Notes under the pieces: generated by a model | Told to the model about the DNA's origin: nothing | What the model saw: only the letters and a program-made list of their open reading frames with translations | The model's database searches: none | Translations under genes and position numbers: made by a program | Assembly: GCA_965112735.1 (NCBI GenBank) | Contig: OZ218952.1 | Span: forward strand, 3,844,001 to 3,908,000 | Reading direction: 5' to 3' | Length of the DNA stretch: 64,000 nt | From: Phaeosaccion multiseriatum | Lineage: Eukaryota > Protista > Ochrophyta, other classes | Shown: in pieces, positions 13,463 through 37,790 of the stretch | Layout: every line of letters starts with the position of its first letter | Numbering within the stretch: position 1 is the first letter of the stretch

Positions 13463-13913
13463 ATGTCTCCGCCGGCCAAGCCCGCCGCGAAGAAGACCGA
13501 GTCGGCTTCTCAATGGGTTCGGACTCTGGTGGGAAGTGAGTGCCGGCAGCGCGAGTAGGGAGGGGAGAGAAGCCGGTGTTGTTTGCGAGGGCAGCCTGTT
13601 CTCCCTTCTTCCTCTGGAGATGTCCGAAACCTGCGGCTTGGCTCCCCAGCGAAATGGCAAACAGCCGTGTGGGGAGGGGTTGTTCTGAATCCACCACTCC
13701 ACCATGAGGGTGGCAGACTGGCATTGCTGCAAGATTGGCCCTTCCCCCCCCTTCCTGCCACGTATTCTACTTTGGGAAATTCATGGGCTAAGATACCCTC
13801 GCTCCCCCTCATTCATTTCCCTCTTGCCTCAGGATCGGTCTCGATCATCACGGGAGACGGACGAAATATCGTGGTAAGAGAGTGTGTCTCAAGGTCGGCC
13901 TCCCTCACAAGTC

Positions 13914-13983
<70 letters not shown>

Positions 13984-15131
13984 CTGTGGAGGGTGGAACA
14001 GTCAGTACTACCCACTCCTTGACAAGGCACCCCTTTTCTCTCCTTACTCGATGAGGAGTTGCAAGCCCCCCTTTCTGCCTCGGCGAAGCAGCGCGTCGAC
14101 ATCTATTCGCCCCGGTTGCTTCCCCTACCCCCACCGCGTCTCGTCTCATTTCCTCTTCTCTCCTCCCCTCTCCCCACCACCTCCTTTGCTGTCTCTACTC
14201 ACAAACAACGAACGACCAACAGGGCACCTTGCGCGGGACCGACGACAAGACCTCGGTCATCCTCGAGGGCTGTCACGAGCGCGTGTACTCCCCAGACGCA
14301 GGAGTGGAGCAGGTCAGTCGCATTTGTCAGCTTCAATTTCATATCTTTTCACTCTCCATTCAATTGTCAAATTCACCTCCCTCGAAGACTGCTTTGTAAG
14401 GGTGTGGTCTACTTCACACGTATGGCCTTTCGCCGTCTGGTGCCACACTGCCATACTATCGGGGGGGGCGAATTCGGGAGGGAGTCAGACAAACCTGACG
14501 AGCGACAGACGCCAACACGGCGGATCGGGGGGGGGGGGGCTTTGTGGATGGTGACTGAATGACGCGCTTTCTGGACTGACAAGTGCCTCTCCTACTGCCC
14601 CGCTTCCTTCCCGGGTCGGCCGTTGCCTTCGTTCTCTGTTTCTGTACGCGTACAGGTTCCATTAGGCCTCTATATCATCAGAGGAGACAACATGTAAGCC
14701 GCAGTTGCAGCATCAGTTGGTGAAACAGACGTTGGTGTGATGCAGCAGTGTTTGTGTGGTCCGTGTGATGTGTTTCCGCGCCCACGTCCTCGCCCAGCTG
14801 TTGCTGGTCCTTGGCCTCTTCACCAGGCACTCCCCTCCCCCCTCCCTCTTCTTCTCCTCCTCCTCCTCCTCCTCCTCCTCCTCCTCCTCCTCCTCCTCCT
14901 CCTCCTCCTCCTCCTCGTCTCCCGCCTCCAATCTAGTCAGCACCTTTTTGGCCGTCCCCTGAAATCATACATCTTCCCCTTTTCTTAATCTCTCTTCGGG
15001 TCTCCCTCCCCTCCCCTCCCTCCCCCCCCCCTCCCCCCAGAGCAATAGTGGGCGAGTTGGACGAGGAGACAGACGCCGCCACTGACCTTGGACAGATTAA
15101 GGCCCAGCCTCTCAAGCCTGTGGTCCACTAA
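13463..15131 (+). CDS. LSM8: U6 snRNA-associated Sm-like protein LSm8 (5 exons)
   Basis: Exons 13463-13535, 13832-13872, 14223-14312, 14657-14693, 15040-15131 (approx.) give MSPPAKPAAKKTESASQWVRTLVGRSVSIITGDGRNIVGTLRGTDDKTSVILEGCHERVYSPDAGVEQVPLGLYIIRGDNIAIVGELDEETDAATDLGQIKAQPLKPVVH*. This matches the LSm8 signature (ITxDGR, HERVxS, LGLYIIRGDN, C-terminal PLKPVVH). Confidence 0.93.
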
Positions 15132-15219
15132 TGAGGTGGTCCACTTCTATTTTCTATAATAAGAAATGTGAAGGAGAAGAGAGAGACTGGATGAAGTGTC
15201 AAGTAGATTCGTATAGAGA

Positions 15220-15383
15220 AGGCGTATTTGTTTGAGTGGATCTATATCCTTTCTGGTCAAGTTTGAAGTTGAGCACCTCAGTACCAGTGGAGCGCCTTTG
15301 AAGTGGAGCACTCTCACCGCTTAGCAAGGTACTCCACTTGAGACCAGACCAGAAAGGATGTATCCACTCAAGCAAATACACCT
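15220..15383. other. Long imperfect foldback (hairpin/MITE-like) between convergent LSM8 and IMPase 3' ends
   Basis: Arm 15220-15258 AGGCGTATTTGTTTGAGTGGATCTATATCCTTTCTGGTC versus reverse complement of 15347-15383 AGGTGTATTTGCTTGAGTGGATACATCCTTTCTGGTC; inner arms AAGTTGAGCACCT / AGGTACTCCACTT. Confidence 0.8.
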
Positions 15384-15898
15384 CATAAGGGTGTGACGCA
15401 AATAATTCGTTTTGTTTACAGTAAATAAAAAAATAAAAAAGGAAAAAAATTAAAATGAAGAATTAATCACGCAGGGGAAAAGAGGTGCCGGCGAAGTGCT
15501 CTACATCATCTTAAGCTATTCGCTCGAACAAGAGGGCTGCCATGCTCATCATGACGGCGTTGGTGAAGGGCGCATCTTTCCTTCACCAATCTCTCTCTCT
15601 CTCTCTCTCTCCATCTATCTGTCTATCTATCCATCTATCTATGCGCGTCCCAAGTCCCAAGCAGGTCGGGGGAGGGGGATAGAAGGGAAGGCGCACGGAA
15701 GTAAGCACGGCTGACTGTGGCCAGGGAGGGCAGCGCATCCATTGCCATCCCATCCAAGGAAGGAAGGAAGGACGATAGACCCACCCCACACAGCCGCCGC
15801 TGTCTCTATTTGTCCCTTGAGTTCGGATGGGGGGGTGGCTTTCCATCCAGTGTCGTCCAGTCACCCTCTGGGGAGAGAAGCGGTTGGTTTCCCCAACG

Positions 15899-18800
15899 TC
15901 ATGTTTCATACCGAGACGCTCCGGCCTCCTCCACAACGGCGAGAATCTCTGAGTGGGCCTACATGCATGTGTTTGGGTGTGGGTGGGTGCGTGCGTGCAT
16001 GGGTGGGTGTGTGCGTGCGTGTGTGCGTGAGTCCATGGCGAAGCACTATGAAGAAAAGGCAGCAGTTGGTGATACAATCGGGTGCTTTTGGGTTCATCCT
16101 CTTCTCTCCGAGCAGCCCTGCCCAGAGCCAAGGCGAGCCAAACACGCACACACGCGCACACACATAGAGCACGACAACTGCTCGCCCACCGTACTGAAAG
16201 AAGAAGCGTGGAAGCGAGACAGTTGTTGAGCAGGTGCATGCTTGCTCACCTTGCCCCCCGTGGAGGCCAGAATGTCCCTATCTGTGAGCTCGAAGGCCCC
16301 CCCGGTCAGCGAAGTCACCTCTCCTCCCGCTTTGAGGGATGAGAGGGAAAGCGCAACATACCATACGCGCAGACAAAGAGAGAGAAACACAGCCAACAGG
16401 GGGAGAGGGAGAAAGAGAGAAAAGCACAGCCAACAGAGAGAGGGGGGGAGACAGAGAGAGGGAGAGAGGGGGAGCGAGAGAGGGGAAGAGAGAGTGAGAG
16501 AGAGCCACCGGTGAGAACAGTTAAGACACAAGGGACTGATGACCCCTCCTTCCTGGGGACCATCGCGAGCAGGAGGGAGCAGCAGAGGGAAGAGATCAAG
16601 CGAGTGACACGCACGCCAACCCACACATGCACACGCCAACCCACACATGCACACGCCAACCCACACATGCACACGCCAACCCACACATCACGCAAACGCA
16701 CACATCACGCAAACGCACACACACACACATCACGCAAACGCACACGCACACACACGCAAACACACAACACACGACACGCACACACGCACACACGCACACA
16801 CGCACACAACTGAGTGAAATCGGAACGCAGCGAGCGCCTCACTCGGCCCCTTCGTTCCACCTGATTAACATAACTTCTTATGTCCTCTGCACCCCCTCCA
16901 TCTCACTCTCTCACTCACCCTCTTGAATAATGAGCACCCCTGCGGCAATGTCCCAACAAGAGAGGTCATATCCGCAGTAGGCCGATATCTTGCCCGCTGC
17001 GATCCAAGACAGCACCTACCCACAGCAAGAGCAAAGAGAAGGGAAGGAGCGTGTAAGAGATCGTAGCAAGGGGAGGGTCCAACAAAAGTGGGTAACACGC
17101 GCCCGGCCGGCCAACCACCCCCCGGGTGATGCTAACCCCGGCGGGCTCCCGGCCCAAGGGGGCTCCTCACCTGCGCAGCGCAAGCGACCATTCTCAGACC
17201 CATGGCTCGAGTGGAGAGGACCTTCATTGCCTTAAAGCTTGCGGCGAAGGCGTTGGAGGCGGCCGGACAGCCCATGTTTACGACGCTGTCCGACACCCCC
17301 TTGGCTCGACGAGAAGGGGTCAGCTGTGCCCCCCCCCCCGTGTGCAGACATCAGAGGGAGGGAGGGAGGGAGGAGGCGAGGGAGGAGGCGAGGGAGGAGG
17401 AACGGGACGTGAAGAAAGAGACGGTGAGAGCAGCAGGATCAGGACGAGGGTAAGGCAGAGAAGCGGAACCTTGAGAAAGCGGCGGGCGCACAAGCCACCG
17501 TGACAACGACTCTGACTTTGGAACGATCGGACGCTGACTATGGAACGATCGGATGGAGGTGCACATGTTCATGTGTGTGTGTGAGTAGTAACCAACAAGG
17601 GTGGTGCTTGACTGACCTTCTCTCCGTTAAGGAATGCGCCTTGTCCCTTAATGGCGGTGTACATCTCATCCAGGGCCGGGTTATATACAAGCCCCACAAC
17701 CGTCTGAGGTATCTGTGTCTGTGCGGCTGCCTCTGACTGCGCGACTCCAATGGACACACAGCACAGAGGGAGGCCCATGGCAAAGTTCGCAGTGCCTGCA
17801 TAGCGTTGATCGGCAGGTAGGCCGCACAGTCAGACAGACAGGCAGACAGGCAGACAGGCAGACAGGCAGACGGAGGTAAACGTATAGCTTAGAGCAATGG
17901 AGTGCAGTGGCGTGGAGCTACTGGTGCGGCCGGCAAGAGTCCTGCGCTGGCTATCACCAAGTGCTGTGCTACTGTGGCTCATCCGCCCATACGGCTGCTG
18001 CATCACCAACTGGCGCGTGCGGCTGCTTGCTGCTCACCATCGATGGGGTCGACGATCCACACGAAGCCCCTCCCCTCGGCCTTTGAGCTTGCGTCCACCT
18101 GCAGCTCCTGGAAGGCCTGAGACAGCTCCTCTGCAGCCGCTTTGGACCCTGAAGCCACGCTCTCTTCCCCAAAGAAGGAGTGCGAGGGGTGTCTGAGGCA
18201 GAGACGTTGTCGACCGACGGACCGAACGAACGAACAAAGGAAGGAACGGAATGTGCTGTTGGAAGGTGGTGTCAGGGAGGGAGGAGGAGGAGGAGGAGGA
18301 GGAGGAGGAGGAGGAGGAGGACGAGAGAATACACGCCATTTGCCACTACGCCCGGATAATTGTGTGCCGTAGAGAACGGGACAGCGCGCAGAATGAGAGA
18401 GAGAGAAGGCACAAAGAGCGAGAGAGGATGGGGCACTTGCCTGCTGGGAACCATGTGCAAGAGAGGGAAAGGGAAAGAGAGGGAGAGAGAAAGCCACTTG
18501 CCTTTTGCGAACGATGTCGTAGATGGATTCCTGTGCCTTCATATCGTACTCAGTCACCACGTCCTTGAAGTTTGCCTTGGTCTGCGACGATCGATCGAGG
18601 CGATGGACCACCAAGCCGAGCGACACATCCGAGAGACAGCAACCACAGGAGCAAGCAAGAGCAAGCAAGGGAAGCAAGCGCGAATGGAAGGGTGGTACAG
18701 GGGATCTTCGTTAGTGCGGGCGGGCGGGGCGGGGTGAGTTCCTCACACTGAGACTGGTACTATGGTTAGTGACCAACCACTCGACGTGTTTGGGTGTGGA

Positions 18801-19361
18801 TGCAGTCCAGTGTCGCAGTCACAGAGAGGGAGGAGCACAGTACGAATACCTTGACCACGTCTGCGCCCATGTGCTCCATCATCAGCGCTCCAGCCGCACG
18901 CGCCGCCAGCTCTGCAACACGTGGCAACACAGACAGTAGGGTTTGTGTTGGACGATCAGTTCAAGGCAGGGGGCGACAACTTGAAGCTTGCAGCAGCAAG
19001 CTCAAGCAGTCATCTTACCAGCCGTCTCTAGCATGTAGCGGTAGTCTCCCTCTGCGCCATCGCTGCTGCTGCCGCTGCTGCCGAGGCTGGAAGTAGAGTC
19101 GCGGCTCCTCCACACCGAGCCTTGCCCTAAAACTCCCAAGGCTGCCTCTGACCCCCCTGTCGCTAGACTTTTCCCTCCCGCTGCCTCCTCTGCGCTCCGT
19201 CCCCTCGTGCATGCGCTTTTTGATCGTATATGAGTTGTCGAGGTCCATGCGCAACAGAGCGGAGCGACGGCAAGCACCATCATGAGCGGCATCACGACGG
19301 CCGGAAATCGGTATACGCACATACTTGCGCGTTGCCGCATCTTCCTATCCACCGCTACCAT
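15899..19361 (-). CDS. Inositol monophosphatase family protein, probably plastid-targeted (9 exons)
   Basis: Spliced peptide contains [76 protein letters not shown], and ends AHSEILAVVEEAGASRYET*. N-terminus has a hydrophobic signal ending CCA|W followed by a Ser/Thr/Arg-rich stretch. Confidence 0.93.
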
Positions 19362-19748
19362 AAGAGAGAGTGCAAGAACTGGGGAGAGAGAGATAGAGAG
19401 AGAAGGATATAGAAAGAGAGGAGGAAGGGAGAGGGAAAAGGCAAAAAAAATCTCTTTGTTCCGATGGCGGCCATGAGAACCAAGTCAGTGAAACCGATAT
19501 CTGAAACCGTAACGCCTCGTAAAACGGAGGCGTTTCTTAGGGTGATCACATCGGGTTGTTCACCTCGCCCCCGATCTCCTCTCAGCGCAAGGACGCTCAC
19601 GACAAAAACCATGAGATCCTATAGAATAGTATTGTTGAAAAGGAGTGGAAGGGAAGAGTTAAAAACAGCCAAGAGGGATGGCACAGATCAGTAGCATCCG
19701 CAGAGGAGGGTAAGGAATCCGGCAGACAGACTTTCCCTGAGAGGGACG
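19362..19748. promoter_or_regulatory. Probable bidirectional promoter between IMPase (-) and GT2 (+)
   Basis: Divergent genes ~390 bp apart; the GT2 start is inferred. Confidence 0.4.
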
Positions 19749-32226
<12,478 letters not shown>

Positions 32227-32244
32227 GTGTATACTGAAGGGGGA

Positions 32245-32352
32245 GCAGTTGGTGATTCACGTCAGTGCAGCGGTTGGTGATTCACCTCAGTGCAGGAGTT
32301 GGTGATTCACCTCAGTACAGCGTGGTGATTCACGTCAGTAGCAGTTGGTGCT
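32245..32352 (+). repeat. 25-bp tandem repeat (GCAGTTGGTGATTCAC(G/C)TCAGTGCA) in GT2 3' UTR
   Basis: About 4.5 copies; each carries a variant of the dispersed AGTTGGTGATAC motif. Confidence 0.9.
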
Positions 32353-32842
32353 CCACATTACCTTTCAGTAAGCCGGCCTTCTTGTGAGACCGAGCTGCTG
32401 GGGCACTGGGTTGTGAAGAAAACAAAAGCGATTTGCTACATTGCGGTGTTGTTTTTGGCGTGTCATTTTGTTTTTACGGAGGGGAAGAGGAAAGGATCAG
32501 TCTCCTTTCGCTCCTCCTTTTTTGTTGCTTTTGAGTACTGTACCATTACATTACTACTACTACTACTACTACTACGACGACGACGACGACTACTTTTCAA
32601 ACATATAAAAACAATGTCTTGCTGCCGCCCCTCTTCTATTCCTGCCAATGCAGGAGGAATAGCCGGTTCTGAGACCACCACCCCCCTCCGTCTTCTTCTG
32701 CCGTGCTCTTATACTACTGCTCCCCAACCTCAGAAAGGGGGGCAGCCGCTTATGAACTCATGATGGCTCATCATGGCCGCTCCCTTTGAAGCCAGCCGTG
32801 AGCATGGGTGGGGTACCAACATGTGCCCACCCGCCCACACAC

Positions 32843-33056
32843 TCGGCCCCTGACGGGTTTCTAGATGATTCCGGATTCTGATGGCCTCTGCAGGGCGGAT
32901 TCCTGATTCTGGGCGGTGCGCCTTAGAAATAAGGCAATGAATGACGTCATAGTGCGTAAAAGTAAGTCAGGGAAACGGGATTGGGGATTCTGATGGCCTC
33001 TGCAGGGCGGATGCTGGATTCTGTGCACCGCCCCTCAGAAACCCGTCAGGCGCCGA
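32843..33056. mobile_element. MITE-like non-autonomous DNA transposon (214 bp)
   Basis: 20-bp TIRs TCGGC(C/G)CCTGACGGGTTTCT (19/20 match); ACACAC on both flanks; internal 28-bp direct repeat GGATTCTGATGGCCTCTGCAGGGCGGAT x2. Confidence 0.85.
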
Positions 33057-33069
33057 ACACACCCGTCCA

Positions 33070-33627
33070 GGGCGGACATGGAAGGAGAGGGTGGAGACAC
33101 CCCACTATGACCCGACGAGGTACCATCTGGTACCATCTGGTACCGTTTGGGATGGAACAGCAAGGGGCATTTGGTCCGTCAGCGTACGTGTGTAGTAAAG
33201 CACTCGCCCAACCCATATGGCTATGGCTGGGGGGCACGAAAATCAAGGGTGTAATATAGGTACAACCCTGGCCAGATTACGCAATAAGTTTCTCCACCCT
33301 GTCCCCCCTGTACCCTCTCAGACCCCGCAGATGGAGTACCAACGCGTGCTCTGTGAAACAGTGGTGAGTTTGGGTGGAGTACCAACGCGTGATGTATGCT
33401 CTGTCGCTCAACAACCCCACCCGCCATAATCCCATGGTCCTGTGCACAAGGACCTCGCTCGAGTACAAGTAGAGCAAGTGATCTGTGAGGGCCAGGCCAC
33501 CGCCATTTGTGAGGGCCAGGCCACCGCCATTTGTGAGGGCCAGGCCACCGCCATTTGTGAGGGCCAGGCCACTGCCAAGCGCCTTGTGCTGGAAGCGCAC
33601 ACGTGCGAGGAGGGAAGCCCCTGCTGC
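33070..33627 (+). mobile_element. Degenerate 3' fragment of a putative REL-endonuclease (CRE-like) non-LTR retrotransposon
   Basis: Encodes YHLVPFGMEQQGAFGPSA; shares ~33077-33163 with 39149-39221 and ~33300-33627 (inverted) with 57450-57722; contains four 24-bp repeats. Confidence 0.6.
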
Positions 33628-34714
33628 TGTGGGTGTATCCGCTAACCCAGGGATTACTCTTTCAGGACCAATTGACAGCATTGTACTACTATTTTAATAT
33701 ACATATAGAAACAATTCACGTGTACTTACAAATACACAAACAAAAGCATCCACAACCGTATCACCGCACTCTTCTCTTGGGTCTCGTGGCTGCCCATATG
33801 CCTGCACTGTGCACCCCTACCCACTCTCATCGCACCAACCCCCCTGGGTAGCTCCTCCGGGGGGGGGGGGGGGGCGGACTACATTGGGTCCCCAATTTTT
33901 CATACCGTCTTCTTCTCCCGCCCGGCCAATAGGCTAATAATATAATAGTGTATACATATTGCCTGAGGCTTTACTTCCTGCCGCTCTGCAGCAGCCCAAT
34001 GCGCACCCACCCCCCTCCAGAAAGCCTTCCCTTCTCCTCCCCTCCTATCGCATAGGAGGTAGAGGCACAGAGGCACAGAGACGAGGCTCTCCTCCTCCTC
34101 CTCGGATCAGGTGGTTGCTCATGGTCGCTAATGGCAAGGGGCCGGCCGCTGACGCGCAGATGCGAAGCAGGAGCAGATGCGAAGCAGTCAGGAGCAGCTG
34201 CTACGTGTCTTTCGTGCCTCTCTTGTTGCTCTTTGCTCTTGTGTGGTGGTCCTCATGGGGGGGGGCGCTTCAGTCTGTGTATGTATGTATGTGTGTGTGT
34301 GTGTGCGTGTGTGTATGTGTGTGTATGTGAGTGTGTGTGTTTGTGAGTGTGTGTGTCGAGCGAGCGATAACAAAGCGCAGAGGACCGCAGCCCAATGACA
34401 GGAGGGGCAAAGCGACGTGAGGGGAGGGGGGAGGGGGGAGGGGGGAGGGAGAACGCAGGCGTAGGCGACGCACGGGCCAGGGCAACACGCACAACACACA
34501 AATGGCAACAAGCAAAACACTCACAACACACAAATGGATAGGGAGGGGGAGGGATGGAGGGAGCCCCCCTTCTCTCCATGTCTACTATCCCAATGCTTCC
34601 TCCTTGTCCTCCCTTGTCCTCCCTCTCCTTTTCCATACCCACATTCCCTCTCCCTCCTCCAGTGGTCAGTACTAGTGTCGTCGTGGACTGACTTGCTCTC
34701 TGTCTCGTTCTCTC

Positions 34715-37700
34715 TCACCTGCTCTCCAGCACAACATTAACCAGAAGGGCTTCCGCCTCGCTCACGCCCACCCGCGTCGGCTCGACGCCCCTCCCCTCCC
34801 CCCCTGCTACCTCCACCGGCTTGCCCATCAGTCGGAGACAGTAAATGACATCACGGGGCCGCAGCAGAGGATTATCGACGAGAACGGTGGTTGCTTGGAG
34901 ATCAAGCAGCTCCACGTCGAAGTTTCTGTCCTCGTCCAGAGGAAGGCCTGACTCCACCTCGGCTTTGATGGCGTGCTTGCACCACAGATGCTCCCCCGTC
35001 CTCTTTGAGACGAGCGGCGCAACCCTTACTGCTGCTGCTGTATCACCATTTGCTGCTGTTGTTGCTGCTGCTGCTGCTGACGCGGCTGCCGCCGCTGCTT
35101 TCCCAGGCGTGCATGCGCCATTGCAAGTGCTCTTGGGCTTCATCGAGACCGCTTTGCCCTTGTCCTTGCCCTTGCCCTTGGCCTTGGCCTTGCCATTGGC
35201 CCCTGCCCCAGCCCGAGTCGGTTCCCCTCCTCCCCCTTCCCCCTCTGCTGATCCTTCTCCTGCTGCTGCTCCTCCTCCTCCTTCTCCTCCTTCCCCTCCT
35301 GACTGCGTCGCCAACAACTGCCGCTGCGTTTCTTTCATGTTGTCGAGCTCATCCAAAATGCTCAAGCCCACCGTATCCCCCAAACGGTGCAGCTCTTCCC
35401 GAAGCCCCGTGACACTGGAAATTTGCATTTTGGCTGGGATTGCTTCCTTCGCACACCGAAGAACGCTCCTGGGTGTGCCTCCGCCACTCCGAGGCTCGAG
35501 CCACGACTTGGCAAAGGCCCACTTCTCTGTGTCAATGAGGTGGACCATGAGCTTCGTCAGCGTGTTCTGGCGGGACAGTAGGGCAGCCTTGCGCTGTGGG
35601 GTGAGGCCTCGACGTGTTGGCGTACCACCAACTGCTACTACACTGGAAGAAGCTGAACTACCAGTTGCCGCAGTCACTGCTCCTGCTTTTGCTCCATCGC
35701 CCTCGTCCTTGGCACTTTTCTCAGTAGCACCACCACCAGCAGTCGCCTTCTCCTTCTTCTTTTTCTTTTTCTTCTCCTTCTTCTCCTTCTTCTTCTTCTT
35801 CTCCTTGCTCTTCTTCTTCTTCTTCTTCTTCTTCTCCTCCTCCTCTTCCTCCTCCTCCTCCTTCTCCTCCTCCTCGTCCTCGTCCTCCTCCTCCTCCTCC
35901 TCCTCCCCCTCCTCCCCCTCCTCATTTCTCTTCTTCTCGTCCTCCTCCTTCTTCTTCTCCTCCTCCTCCTCCTCCTCCTCCTCCTCCTCCTCCTCCTCCT
36001 CCTCCTTTTTCTTCTTCTCGTCCTTCTTCCTCTTCTTCTCCTTCTTCTCCTTGTCGTTCTTGTGTACCGCTTCTGATGAGAGGGAACCCGCCGCCGTCTT
36101 CTTCTGCGTTCCACCCCCTCCTTTCGCCCCCCCATCCACTGCCATCCGCTTCATCTTCTTGGTCGCCTCTCCCCCTCCCTTGCCCCCTCCATCCACTGCC
36201 TTCCGCTTTCCTCCCTTTCCCCCTCCATCCACTGCCATCCGCTTTCCTCCCTTGCCCCCTCCATCCACTGCCATCCGTTCCCCTCCCTTGTCCCCCCCCT
36301 TCACCACCACTCCCTTGCTCTTTTTGGTCGATGGCTTCCCTGTCTTGCCGCCCTCATACACTGCCATCCCCTTGCTCTTCTTGGCCCGTTTTCCCACCGA
36401 TACACCGCTGCTGCCACTGCTGCCGCTCCTGCCGGGCTCCCCCCCTTCCGTCGCTGTCCTTTGGTTGTCCGGCAATGTGTCGGTGGGGGTCATGGTGGTG
36501 GTGGTGGGAGTGGTGGGAGTAGCGGTGGTGGCCGTGGTGGTGGCGGTGGTGGTGGTGGGGGGGTGGGGGGGGATGGAGGCGATCTCATCGGCTTCCGTTT
36601 CGCCAAAGCCGTCGTTGATGCCCATGTAGTCGTAGCCCTCCTCCTCCTCCTCCTCCTCCTCCTCCTCCTCCTCCTCCTCCTCCTCCTCCTCCTCCTCCTC
36701 CTCCTCCTCCTCCTCCTCCTTCTCCTCCCTATCCTTCTCCTCCTCCTCTTCTTCTTCCTCCTCCTCCTCCTCTTCCTCCTCTTCTTCTTCTTCTTCTTCT
36801 TCTTCTTCCTCCTCCTCCTCCTCCTCCGCCTCCGTCGCTTTTCCCTCCTTGCCCTTCTTCTTCTGCTGCTGCTCCTGCTGCTGCTTCTTGTTCTTCTTCT
36901 CACCTTCTCCTTGTGCAACGGACAAACCTTCACTGTTGGTGATCCCTCCCCCCCCCCCTCCTCCTCCTTCCGCAGCAAATGACTGTCCGTTCACATCACT
37001 GATCACCCTTACCATCTTTGCTCCCTCCTCCGCCCCCACCTCCTCGCCCGCGCTGCCTGAGACAAGTCGTGCAAGCTTCTTAGGGGCTGTGCCGGACCAG
37101 CTGCCCTTCCTCTTCCTCTTGAGGTGATGCGCCGTACGCTTCTCTGACTCCTGTCTTTCCTCCCCATCTTCCTCCTGCTCCTGTCCCTGTTCCTCCTCCT
37201 GTTGCTCCTGCTCCTGCTGTTCCTCCTGCTCCTCCTCCTCCTGCTCCGGCGACTGGGTCTTCCCCTTCTTCTCAGTGCCCTTACCCACCCCCATCCCTGG
37301 CCTCCTTTCTTCAGGAAAGGACTCTGTCCGCACCCTCCCACCCTTGTAGATTCGAACCCTGATCATCTTCGGTGGCGCCTCAACGTTCATCCATGTGCCG
37401 TTTTCCTGCATTAGAAGAACATCGTCGTCGTCGTTGTTGTTGCCACTGTCCCCATCGTCATGGACGTCGATTACTTCCTGTTGCTGCTCCTGCTGCCCCG
37501 GCTGCTGGCGTTTCGATGGGCCAGAGTCAATACTGGTGCTGGTGTTGGTGTTTCTACTCCTTCTCATGGGGTTCTTAAACACCGGCTCAGGGCTCCTGCT
37601 CCTGCTCCTGCTCGAGCTCGTGCTCGTGCTCGTGCTACTCAAGCTCCTCCTCCTCCTGCTCCGACCCTCCTCCCTCACATCTGCCTCCTTTGGGTTGGAC

Positions 37701-37759
37701 TTACTCAGGCCAGAGACGGTTGTGGTGGTGATGCCCCCGCTGCCACCGCCACCACCAGC

Positions 37760-37790
<31 letters not shown>

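Noticed and set aside
33483-33575. 24-bp repeats as a CRISPR-like array
   Set aside because: Head-to-tail with no unique spacers, eukaryotic context, no cas genes.
34845-36629. Long antisense ORFs opposite low-complexity exons (also 3200-3862, 21025-22146)
   Set aside because: Shadow frames of GC-rich, repeat-rich coding sequence.
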